Of a stretch of 64,000 nt of DNA, positions 39,070 through 51,824 are shown piece after piece. Positions within the stretch are counted from its first letter, which is position 1, and each line of letters opens with the position of its first letter. Origin of the DNA: Laetmonice hystrix (lineage: Eukaryota); assembly GCA_965235115.1 (NCBI GenBank), contig OZ249448.1, positions 7,688,001-7,752,000 on the forward strand, read 5' to 3'. The position numbers and the translations under genes were made by a program. Under the pieces are notes generated by a model. The model ran no database searches. It saw only the letters and a program-made list of their open reading frames with translations, and was not told the origin of the DNA.

Positions 39070-39250
39070 GCATTGCCACATCTCGCTCAGCCTATAGCTG
39101 GGTGATCCATACTGCTCTCTGATACAATAATGGTACATAATGGCCACAATTTCTGCCAATTTCAAGCCATTATCTCCAACATCCATTCAGCTATTTCTAC
39201 AGGAGAAGGACGTTGGGATCTGCATGCAGGGGAAACACGAAATCACTACT
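39070..39250 (-). pseudogene. Possible Gypsy integrase core relic
   Basis: AEIVAIMYHYCIREQYGSPSYRLSE resembles A.TVA....I..YG.P..L.SD. Confidence 0.2.
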
Positions 39251-40569
39251 CGACAAGTGCGCCTCCTAGTTAAGTGGTGTTTGCCTACTGCCAGCACCAC
39301 TATCATTACGACTCCTGCCTCTCTGATATCTCACTAGAGTATCACTTCCAAAGTAGTGTAATTGCACTATAAAAAGGTCCATGTTAGATTGCCAACAATG
39401 CGGCCCGTACGAGATTTGACCTATTTATGGTCTTTTCCTCTCAGTTGACTAATCCCATAATGGACAATCGTCTAATTTGATCATTCATTATGAAATGACG
39501 AGGCCCCATTCGCCTTTCTTTGGATTGGAAAAATATCCCGCCAATCTGAATTTATGTCGCGAATCTGCGTTGATATATCAATTTCAGACTGCCAATGAAA
39601 TTTATCCTTCGGTCAGCATTGTGCGGTAGTTTCCATGGCAACCGCTGCCTTTGTCATCATTCAGCTAGCCTCAAACACCATTTCCATCCCGCCATTCCAC
39701 CCCCCTCTTGGACTTCCACCATTAACCAACAATTGGCTGAAATTTCTGGCCACCTATTGGGACGATTTATAATCATTGCCCCTGGTGGACCCTGGTGGAC
39801 GTGTTCATTTGTCGGCGTGACGCGGGAGGCGGACACCCTGGCTACTTCATCTCCCGGCCGTCTTCTCCCACGACAGGCCGTATCCGTCTCCAGGGGTGGT
39901 GGGGTGGGGGGTGGCGTACGGTTTGATGTTTCTTTATTCCCATAACAACCCCTCTCGGGGTATGAGGGATACAAACGTAAGAAGTGTACAGTACAGTTGC
40001 ACATATATGCTATTGAAACTTGAGCATTATCATTTCAACGAAGTAAGACAGTCTGTTAAGCCATTTATGACTTTCCATTTGAAAAAGTTGCTTCATTTTT
40101 AGTGCATTGGGGCGTCTAAAGTAGTACGGTTTTATATACAACCCTACCGCAGTGTGTGGCCGCCGGCCTGGCCCCTCCACTACTCACAGTACGGGCGTGC
40201 ACACACAGTCACACACAGGTACTACTGGGTCACACGGTACGGTGGTCAAGACACTAGATACACGGGTAGGTTAAATAGAGAGTTGGACGGCCCTTAATCC
40301 GTGCATGGTCACATCGTAAAACCATAACAGACTGACTGTTAGAGACGTGTCTTACTCCTGCGCCTTACACCCCAGCCCACCATCGAATTCAAACATTGAG
40401 ATCCAATTCTTAAAGTCGAACCAATAACTTTCATCAGCAAATTCCAACCACAATTTCTAAAATATTACGATTTCAAAACAAATCACTACGTAAAAAGAAG
40501 ATTCATCTGTTGTCAATTTGAATCCAGCGATGCCAGGAAAAACTTCCTTAATCTATTTTGACGGGTAAT

Positions 40570-40640
40570 CTTTAAAAGCAAGTTTTTCCATTACATGCGA
40601 GCACACACCTGTTTCCCCTTGCATCCTTCATTTAGCCTCT
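40570..40640 (-). pseudogene. Possible SWIM zinc-finger relic of a DNA transposon accessory protein
   Basis: AK*RMQGETGVCSHVMEKL resembles C.C.AG..G.CSHV.ALL. Confidence 0.2.
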
Positions 40641-42608
40641 AAGCGGATAATTTCTTGGGCCTGATCGTTGTTTGACCTGATTAGTGCCCTGATGCATTCA
40701 TTTAGACACACTTTCCGACCTAATTCGACATCGTACCGTTATAATAAAGACAAAGCGTGGAGGCAGCGGCTTACATCAATCACCCAGCCCCAGCCAGAGA
40801 ACCCCTCCCGGTCCCCTGACCCCTGTACAGGGTATCCCCAGTAATCAGGTGAGGACACCATTATCTGCTCGTTAATGACTTGCTGTAGGTTTCACTCGGG
40901 ATGACACACAGGGTAAACCCGGGGTCGCCGACTCACACCACTAATTGTCAACAACTGGAACAATCAAGGAAGCTTTTAAAGTAATCGATTGATGACACTG
41001 AGGGTGTGAGCTCAATAATAACAATAATCTTCCCACCACAATGACACATGCATGCTAGCCGTCCCCTAGCAATAACTAATTTCACATTATTTGTAGGATT
41101 ATACAGTAGGCTATCATCATGTAGCCACTTATGTTCGGCACATGAATGCCATATCGTCTAACTTGCTCCTCTGGACCGTATGCAGCTGACCCCTGGTGGC
41201 AGACTATGAAAACACCACTGACCCCATTTTGGTAGTTGCTGTTTTCCATTTCAATTCGGTGCTGCTTGTAAATAATTCATTTCTTCAATCAAAATGGGGG
41301 GAAAACATAATACGGTAGTAGAGAAAAAATACAAGGCAGGAGGAACTGTCCAATAATCCAGTAAGTATAACAAGACAAATAGGAGTTGTAAGAGTGAGCC
41401 GATGAGTTGGTTGCCTTGGGGATCGTGGCCGCCTGTCCGTGGCCCTGGTAACCCCTACTAGTCTCCAGGTCAACCAGACCACGGTCAGTCGGGACGGGGG
41501 TGAGCCTCGCTGGGAGTATCAGCCTGCTGGTTCATTTCCATTCCCATTCCAGTACATCTAAGGTTATTGTATATTTACAGACACGCCGAGTCCCCGGACA
41601 CGGGACCTTTTACACACGGCCACCGGCCGCCGACCGCCGACACGCCCGCCGAGACGGGGTGGGTTCGGCAGCCGCCGACAGCCGACCCTCCCCCGGGACT
41701 GCCTGGTCCGGGGCTGATTTCAACCAGCATGTCTCTTGCACAGCCTTATCAGCCGCAACAAATGTGATACTGGTCCCTGAGGAGGTTGGCTTCAATGAGG
41801 TCGAGTCATCTGCTTGCCAGCTCCATCGTGTCTCCATGTGAGCCCTACTCGGCCTCAGTGCCTGGGATGTCTCCATAATTTCGGCGTGGTAACGGGTCAC
41901 ATCGTTAGCTGACAATATCACATTATGTAGATGTGGGTGGGTGGGTGTGGGATCCATAATGGCTGACTGCCCACACGTCCTCAGATTGTGGGCCGTGCCG
42001 ATAGCAACAGCTGACCTGCCGTAAAGCCCCTCACGTGTTCAACGCCCTTAGTGGGGAAACCCGCCTCGCATTGTGAACACGAAAATAAAAGGATAACACC
42101 AAGCCATACAAAATGCGTCCTTCGTCTTTTTATTCATTTGTCAATAAATAGCTTGGTCCGAATTTCATTCCCCGCTACTTGTACTATTCTCCAGAGTGTC
42201 TGCGAGATGTCATTTTTGTCTTGGCAAGCCATTCTTTCTGTTGCAGGTCTCTAACACTCCTTGGGTAAGTGACCTTGAGACAGCGGCTATCTCTGGGGTG
42301 TATCCGGTGCCCTGTTATCGGAATGGGCCAGGGTTAACCACTCCTGGTCAGTTCCCATCTCTGTGGGCGACTCCATCTTGTCTTGGATCTCAAATTCCAT
42401 TTCCAGGAAGCCATTTCCTTTGTAGTCTCACCGACCACGTGATCAGGGCACACAATTCCCAAATCACTTAGGGGACTGTCCCCCTCCCCCACCCTCACCC
42501 CCGGTCCACTGGCGGCTATACATCGGACAGGTCGCTGACACTTGGACTTTTACATCTTACGGTCTCCTGACAGCCGCCGGGCCCGGTTGTGTTTCAATCT
42601 CCGTTCCA

Positions 42609-42674
42609 GTGTGCAATCACCGGCGGTCCCTCTGTGCAATCACCGGCGGTCCCTCTGTGCAATCACCGGGTCCC
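42609..42674. repeat. 23-bp tandem repeat, about 2.7 copies
   Basis: GTGCAATCACCGGCGGTCCCTCT repeated. Confidence 0.85.
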
Positions 42675-45600
42675 TTATCGGAGCCTGACATACCCGTGCT
42701 GGCCATGGCCTTTATCAGAAACCATCGCCATCCTACCAGCAGCAGCTAAAGCAAATCAGCACATTACAAACGGAGCTGGGGCTGAATGCGGGCAGTGAAT
42801 AGCCTGCCATCAGCGCGCCACAAGTCAACCTTGGCGCTCCCGGGGGACACTGCCAATGCATTCTGCGTACGTGGAAGTGCTGCGCCGACATTCCCCAGTG
42901 TCCCTACCTTCCTCTAATTCGACCTTTTGTAAGTTGCTGGCGATCCCCTCACAGACAAATTGTATCCAATCGGCCCAGGATAAACGTGCGCACGGCACTG
43001 ACTTTCCTTTTACAGCATGCCAATTGCTGAATATGTGTCCACTGAGGACCATTCTTTAGAAAGTCCTGTATGCTCACATGCATGCCGAATGACGCGAGGG
43101 ACGGCACACGGCATACATATGGTTCCCGGGGGCCCTCCCCGACCCTCTCCGGCCCCCTGCCGGCCATTCCGGCCAATCCGTCTAATTGAGAACTAATACA
43201 GTTATGACACGCCAGCACGCACGTAAAAGGTGGTTATGACAGGCCAGTAAGGACAAAAACACCCACCTGATGAATGTTTGGTTGTGTGCCTGGCATATAT
43301 GAGCAGGGCTAGCGGTGTTGTTTCACCAGGCCCCTCCTGCCTGTTCCCACTCTGTAAGCAGGCCAGGTACCATCCGTAAACCACTGTGTATAATACCGTA
43401 GTCTCACGGCAGCCAGACCCTAACCAATCCGCCATAACGACGACTCCCCGGACTCTCGAGAGGCACGCATACAGCCGCTACGCCCTTTCCCACAACACCG
43501 TCCTCAATTTTAGGGGATAAATTGAGTTTTCAAATCCGATAAAATACTGCACTGTGAAGTGGCCAGGAAAGGTCTGGGTAACGTTAGCTGTACCCGCCTT
43601 GGCCTGACCTGAAAACTAAACAACAATCTCCTCAAACAGATAGACACTAAATCTTTCTGCAGAACCTCTCAGCATTCTGACTGGAATACCTCGCCTTTCG
43701 ACTGGCAGTGTGAAGATCTAACACTGCTTCCTCCGACTGTATGGCACATTACCCAAATCACATGGCTCTCCAAGTATTCTGTGACATCTTTCTTTCTATT
43801 TCCCCCCTTTTTCCGGATTTGCCACAGTCCAGATAGATCGTTATCATCTCGAGCGGTGTATGCAGATTATGATCGCAATAACTCACATTTCACTATACTA
43901 CTTATCAAAGCTCGCCGCACCTGTACGGAAATTCGATTCCAATACTTCAAATACAACAAACCAGTACCGATACCGGGCCTAATTTTAATTCAACATGTCA
44001 TTTCTGTATCCCATAACGGTTATTACAAAAAATGTCCTGGTTTCCAATACAGAGATTGGTGTCATCTTCCATATATTACAAGCTAACCCCCCAAAGTCTC
44101 ACACGGTTATACGATTCGTTGTGTTTACCCGTACAGACTGCCAGTCTCTCTCCTTTCTCTATTTGCAGTCGTGCCAACCCTACAGTCTGCCAGTCTGACG
44201 ACAGTACACAGACCAGATTGTCTATTATCTCTCAGACTCGGCATTATCAGATGGCCTCAGACCATTAAGCTAAACTTGATTAGTTGTAATATGATCTTCT
44301 CGGCGCATTTCAACGTGAGTCAATCCTTACTGTCTGTGCCATCCCAGCTAATACGTTGTTAATCAGCGAATGGCACAGAAAACGTTGCTCGGCTATAAAC
44401 CAGTCCCACAAGAGATGCGGCCGCATCGTTTAAACTAATCGTCAATACACATGTCAATTAAGCAGTCAATAAGGTGGCCCAGGGAGCCGTTACCACCGTC
44501 AGACGTCCCTCGGTGGACAGCCCTGGTGACACCCGGGAACTGTTGCCATGGTTTTTCTCCAGCTCAAGCCTATGAATAATCTCAAACTTGATCAACTTCA
44601 ACCTCTCACTGCTTTATCTCCGACTGAGGTCATACACCGAAATGACCTTGGACTCGGGTCGCCGGGTCAAAACCATAATAAAGTCAGAGATTTTTCCTCC
44701 GTTTTCTGCCTGTCTAATTAAGTATAATTTGCCTTGACGCAAAACATTTGGGAAATGCGGCTCTTTGACATTAATACCACTTTGCCCGCTCACCGGGACC
44801 TGTTAGAAGCTATGGCATTGAATTATCCACTTATACAACTGTCACCAAAAGGGTGATCGATTGAAAAACCTGCACATTACATCAATTGTTTTAATAAATA
44901 TATTATCTGCAATGATTATGCCCATCATAAATAAAATTACACTGATGCCTCGATTACATGGGATATTTCCACTCATCAGGCTTCAGGCCTGGGGGATCGT
45001 ATTAGTCGTTATGTTCTTGGGCAGCCATTAACGGCTCATTACATTCTGTATACGCTACGCACCTCTAACCTATCTTTATCTATGATGGCACTATAGCTCT
45101 CTCGTATTCCCTAAAAAATAGAACTAATAATACACTGTATTGTTGGGCTGGTATATTTAGCCTGTTAGAGACTGACAGGTGAGCTAGCGGTCTGACTAAA
45201 CCAAGTGTGGGGTATCATAATAACACCAGTGGCCTCAGCCGCCATCAACTGTTACATCCCCCGTGACTCCTGCCCGCCCCACCACCACACCAAACATGCA
45301 CAAATTTTCCTGTCACATTACCATAAGCCCCTATCATCAACTAGAGCTCACATGGAAATGAGCCGGCTCTGGGGCTTTTTGCTCGCCCTGGATATTGCCG
45401 GCTTTCTACTGAGGCGACAGGGGGCGCTGTGCAGAAGCCATTTCTCAATTCACTCCAATTCTGACCAATTCTATAGAGCCTAATGACAGTGGTGCTTTCC
45501 CATTTATGGCTCAATAGAGGGAACTTTCACTCATGATTTATTTGTACAAGTCGTGCACGGCCGGTGTGCTTCTCGACCGCCTAAATACTCGGCCTGAATT

Positions 45601-46533
45601 ACGCCCCAAATTGGGAAGTTATGAGAAATGTAGAATATGTAGAATTACCTCTAATAGAGTCTGAAAGAGAGCCCAATGCAAACACAGCCCATTGATCCGA
45701 GGTAATGTAGTGGCGGGTGTGCCCCGGCCGAGCACACACAGCGCCCCATATATACAAATACAGACCCATTTCGCTCCTTTGGGATTTCCGCAGTACATGT
45801 ATTTATACAACGTGCATATCCTATCATAAACGCTGCCAAATGAATGAAGGACTCCACTCTGTAAATGATCGCCCTCTTCACCGGAACCCACTGACGGAAG
45901 TCACAAACAATGCAGGTTGGTTGGTGACTCCCGTTGCCATAGCGATAAGACAATTGTCAATACAGCTTTCATTAGCGAAAATGGTTTGGCTGCAAGCTCA
46001 GCATTACGCCTGCTAAGCTACCAAATTGTTTGATCAAGTGATGATTTTAAAAGGCACTGTGCCAACCGCGGTACACAGAAGTCTACTCAGATCAAGATCA
46101 ACATGTCAAGGTAGCCGCCACCACGTCAAGTCGATAATCATAGACAGTACACGGTATAGTAAATCGTGTCCTCCAGTACGGACGGCACTCGGAGATCTAC
46201 ACACAACTCGTCTACTGTGGTGCCCTCTGGGGCCCGTCTTGTTGGTGAGCAAGGCGGTCCATGTTCTCCCATTTATCTACGAAAGGTCAAAATGGCAGTC
46301 AGACGGGGGTTTACTCAGCGGCGTCTGTTTCAATCCCCCACCCCTGCTGTCTTCTCAACGCTTCCACAACGACGATGGCGCCCCCTGGGGGTGAGAACAG
46401 AGTCTATCAGTTAGGAGTGGGCCTAGCGGCTAGCGGTGGTCGGCGCTCACACCTCAGCTATCAGTGAGGACAGCACAAATTACTCCGTCACCCCACCCGG
46501 GGGAGGGCCTTCAATGTAAGCAGTCCCATACCC

Positions 46534-46571
46534 GGTGGGGGGGGGGGGGGGAGGGCCCCCCCCCCCCCACC
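46534..46571. repeat. G-run/C-run inverted repeat
   Basis: GGT(G)15-AGGG-(C)13-ACC. Confidence 0.85.
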
Positions 46572-49500
46572 TCTGCACAGAGAGGGGCCGACACAATAAA
46601 TCACTCTACCTGGCTGTGGGAGGGGCTCACACCTTGGGGCTCACACAGTGACCGCTTGTCAACACCCTGCGGCCGCTCATCTTCACCTTACCTGCTGGGT
46701 CTCTGTCACCCCCTGGAGGGAGACGCTGGGGGTTGTGGCATCTACCCCGTCCCCAGGCCCAGCTATAGTAGGCCATACTGTACTGTACCTACGTCTACAA
46801 CTAGTGTCACGCTGCTGCGCTGCCGTGCCGTCATACACACCTTCATTCCCATCTGTCCCGTTCTATAACACCTTTTTTATTGATTCTGACATGATGGTTT
46901 ATAAACTCACCTCCCATCCCCCCTGGACCGTAGTAAACCGCACTGTTTGCCGGAGGCTGACACGGTAATAGGTGTAGCCAGCTGGGAGCACTGCGGCATA
47001 AAATACCAAAGGTTATTGGTTTTCCTTTGGCTGTCCGTTTTCGACTGTTTTACATGTCTGCATGAACGACACATTTGATTACTCGACACGAGGAGAGAGA
47101 AAGCAGCTGGATAGACAGAACGGCCCACATCTTCGGATAACTTATATAAGCGGCGCTGCAGGGTTTGGCCATGGCCTAGATTCCAACACCTTCCCTGGCA
47201 TGGTGTACTACCCCCTGTATGACTCACCGCGCGATGGGGCCTCGTTCTGGTCGCAATCTACCGCCAGCCTCGCTGTGAAACAGATCAGCCTCGCTCTCAT
47301 CACAACCAATTGTTATTCTTGCCATCTCATGACAGGAAATGTTGTTAGGCATTCGCCCCAAATTGAGTGATCGTGGCCAATAACAAATTTAGTCAAATTT
47401 GCTCTACAGAGATGTTTCACATGCAAAGAGCCTGAGCACTGCATGTCCTGTAGGCCGAATGCATTTTTTCCTCTTCAAACTGGGCATAGGGAAAAAGTTC
47501 CAATTGGCCATTACGCAAATATTATTGGATTGTGGTTCGGGGTGATTTATTCCCCTACTTGACGAACGCGAATTGGAAAGAAAATACAATAAGTGAACTG
47601 GACAGGATGGCTAATGTGGAAAAAATAGCCATTGCTGGGCCAATGTGGCTGGAGTTGGGTTGGCTGGGGACCTGGACGTCCTTGCTGGGGCTGGTGACTG
47701 GCAGAGCGGCCATTCCCATCAATGGAGTAACAAGGGCCACCCGCCCATATCAATCCTGTAAGGTTCCCCTGCTTCCTGGCCCTGCTGCGGTGGAATTGCA
47801 AGAAAACACAATAGAAGTAACAAATTGAATGCCTAATATGGACCAGTCGTGGCCAGGACTTCTTTATCCCAGCACACCATCGCCCCCTGTTCTCAGGCTC
47901 AGGCCGGCTTAATAGAAAAGAATGGGCCACTTTGCCAGCTAAGGTTGTCAGCTTTAGTAAATTTCCTGATTTTGGGACGGTGGCAGCGAGGTATTGGAAA
48001 GAAAATACAATAAGTGTGGCAAATTTGATCAGTCTAACCGAAAAGTGGCGATCAGGTCCGCAGGTGCCCTAGGTCTGTTTGTTCCTTCTTATCGCCCGGA
48101 GACAATTTGCTGGAGTCGTGACACATTCTTGAATAACCCATCAAACACGCCTGGCCGACTGACAACAGCGTGGTCACATCCGACGGCGGTCGGTCGGAGG
48201 TCAGACTAATCCCAACCTCCACACAATAGCACGTATCTACGGATTAATGCATATCAGAACGGATTGACGGCGGGGGGGGAGCGGTCAGAGAAAATATCCA
48301 GTATACCATACCGCTGGCAACAACATAGTTATCACGGAAGCGGGTTAAGCTAGCCCCGAGTCCTTTTACCATGCATGGTTGGTATTACTAAATTTGGTTC
48401 CTTCACAGACTAGATTGGAATGAAAATGTGATCAACCAAGAAAATTGAGTTTGAGCTAAGGAAGTGATCAGGGACAGAAGTGCGGGTCGGATTCGGTTAG
48501 CGTTGGTTGGGAGTCCATGAGTCACATAGGCGGGATGGGTAAACCTGGTTTGTGGCCAGGGATACTCCGAACGGCGCCACGCCTCCGGATTGCTGTCTCA
48601 GTTAGAACACATTTAGTCCAGATTGGATTGGAGGAAATGAGAGCAGGATAAAATAGGTCACCACAACGCTAGTTGAGGTCCACTACCACCTCGGACGTGG
48701 AGAAGTTGACGCCAGCACGCTACATTACCGACTTCAGTATCTACTGCGTATACATTGGTATACAAATCGGGGGAATGGGTAACTTGATTACCATAAATCC
48801 ATCCAAACCGACAAGAAAAAATTAAACAGTAGTTCTTTCACATACAAACATGCAAATGAAAAGATCATGTCTTTATTCAACCATCGCAACAACCCCTCGT
48901 TCGTCATTTTCAACAGCCACTACCCATTTCTTTTATTCGCCATAAAAGTTTGAGGCGGGGGTCAATTAACCGATCCCGTCTCTCGAGTTGCCTGTGGCCA
49001 GTAGATCACGTAATCCGCCCATTGTTCCCACACAAATGTTTCCAGTATTGGTCCGGGCTGTGGGCCTCTCCTGTCGACCTTGACGTCTGGCTAGGTACCT
49101 TTTGCGACTGGAGTCGGGAGCTGCTTGTGTTCAAACTGTCTAATGATCACAAACCATGCAAGCTGATCGTTCACGTCTGGTCCCAGGCCATACCCTGTAA
49201 CAGCCTCACGCCCTAGTTCGTTCAAACTACCGCCACTCTATACTACAGTCTCTAATTGTAACGGCCAAAATTGGTTTTCAAATGATCGATCTACAAAAAC
49301 TGCTTGGAACTGCTTGGAACCATTTAGAGTGGTTCACTACCGTACAGGTTTGTTTCCGCTCTATTGTTTGTTGACCTGGAGATCATCTATCATTCTGTCG
49401 TCTTTATTAACATAAAATACCTTTACCGAATTCTATACTTGGTAGAATTCACAGGACCAACTGGGTCGTTACTCAAACGTCACTCTTGAGTTATTATTAG

Positions 49501-51824
49501 GTCCGAGGTGAACCTGAGTATAAACCCCTATACCGAACGGCCACATGGATTGCCCATTACGGGCCGGGAAGCTGACGATGAAATCAGATTACATATTCTG
49601 TGCGTAAAAGGAAATATTTCCAATGGGCCGGCCACCCTCTCCTAGCTCGGAGCTGATGCTGCCAGGCTGGCCAGTTGATCCAGCAATCATTCCGAGCCAG
49701 AGAAAGCATTCCCGCTGGCGGCTGAAAGCCATCAGACACCCTCTGCCCTGGCTGCCCTTGCTGACTCCACCAGCGCAGTTCCAGTGCCCTGCAAGATACA
49801 GACTTCCGTCCCTGTCTGACTGATAAATGCACACGGACTATGAAATGTGACAATGTACACCTTTGCTCAATGACAGACGCCTTCCCGCAGGAGAAATTAC
49901 ATTAGGAGCTGAGCCCTAGCGGCAAGGCGGGCGGTGCCAGGGGAGGCAAAACGGCACTTAAAGTGCAACTGACATCACATAGGTAACTTTACTGATCTAG
50001 ATAGATCACTTTGAGTTGTAGCCGTATCCCTGATGGGTTTTCTGAGAAGTCCTCTCAATTTAGAAAAATATTGAAAATTCGAATCTCGCGCCTCATCACA
50101 GTCTCACTCCTGCCTATTCTTTACCATTGCCCCTGATGACGTCACTAGGGGAATTGGTCTTTAAAACGGCTTACACACAGTTCATATTCTTGTACAATAA
50201 CCGCTCCTTTAAGTTAAACAACAACAAATTACATGTATCATCAGGATCTGGCACTAAATTTCATGTAAATTTTGATGTCTGTTGGACTTGAATGGTGTGG
50301 CTGGAATACACCTCAAAGTGGATTATCCAAGCTGGGAGATCAGCCTCAAGCGGCCGCCGGGAAATTGAGGTCAGCTCCGCCGTGCAACGCTAAAAGCCAT
50401 CGGGGATTTACTGTAATGCTTATCAATAGATAACGAGGGAAACACACCCTTTCTTACCCCCCCCCCCCCACCCTCACGCCACCCTGCACTACACCCTGAC
50501 TGCACTCCCCTGGTCACCTCACAGGTGTTTAAATTCAGGAGTCAGGTGTACACACACCTTGATGCCACCTGTACACACCTTTGCCTCATCCCCCTCCTTG
50601 CTGTGGTAAGTCACCCCCTGCACAAGCCACCCCGTCCCCCACCCATCGGCTCCATGGATCCTCTCAACCCACTGGTGCGGACTGTCATCTCGGAGACGGC
50701 GCCTACAGAGGACAGCGACTGGATCCTTTCTAACACACTGTGATTATAAAACACGGTTGATTATAAAACACGGTTGATGTAAGAGAGCCAGTCAGACCAG
50801 TCAGCTCAACCAGTCAGTCAGGATGGCGTCACGCTTCACTGCACTCCACCTCAGTCGTGTGTACCGCGCTCGTAAGACATGCTTAGCACAACCTTAGATG
50901 AGAATAGATACTTAATTTCATGCCTCATCCACCTCGATCATCCTGGCTATTTATCAATAACGATGAATCTCCATGGAAACCGACCTAAGGAAGAGGATAA
51001 GCAGGCCGGACCCTCGTGGGGATTGCTACACAGATCAGGCATTATGGGCGAACCTCCTCATTTTGCCTGCTATCATGGCAACACTTACTTATGATACCGC
51101 TGGGATTTGGTCGCAAATCAGGAAAATTCATCCTCATTTCTGGGGATCATTTCAAACATTTGGCGCAATACACCCAGCGGACCCCTCCAAAATGGGTTTG
51201 TCAGATCGTATCCTGTCCGCCCACTTTTTCCAATAAACAGTGTCCTGGTTCAAGGCAGTGGCGGATAACAGAAATTCATCCTCATTTGGCGGTCTGACCT
51301 CCCGCCTCCCTTGCCATGAAGCCCCCATCACTGCGCAAGACACATGCTACTTTTCACAAGTTTCCCAATCTGGTGTGATCATCATAGTGTTTGCCTTGGA
51401 CTTCGTGCACTGCAGCATCACTTTCAGACGTAATGTCAGCCGTACTTTTTCATATGGCATCGTATCCACACTATTGTCAGCCATGTCCAGGTTTGATCTT
51501 TGATTCTTGCTATGGTGTCTAACTGATAAAGAATCTGATATCGGTCAGGTATAATAACCTCACCCACCCCCACCCCATCTATATATATAATACAGAATGT
51601 CAGGGCCGGAGAAGCTCGGTCTAGGAATACAACCTGGTGACACGAGGCTAGTGGACGCTGAGTCGGTCTGGGTGTACACACCGCGCGTGCACGCCCACCG
51701 TGTGTGCACCCACCGTGCACGGTCTCACACAGCACGCCCTATCTCTCACCCTCATGGCCTGTACGACACGGTCTGGTCAAAGCTCTCCTCCAAAACCGCC
51801 ACAGGGAAGACAGTTGTCTCTTAA

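Noticed and set aside
10170-44990. Hammerhead ribozyme cores (CTGATGA/CTGAAGA at about 10175, 15450 minus, 19724, 44975 minus)
   Set aside because: None has the GAAA plus three closing stems in the right geometry.
47547-47930. THAP-like ORF (RGRWCAGIKKSW)
   Set aside because: Lacks the N-terminal CxxxxC and the CxxHF motif; likely chance.
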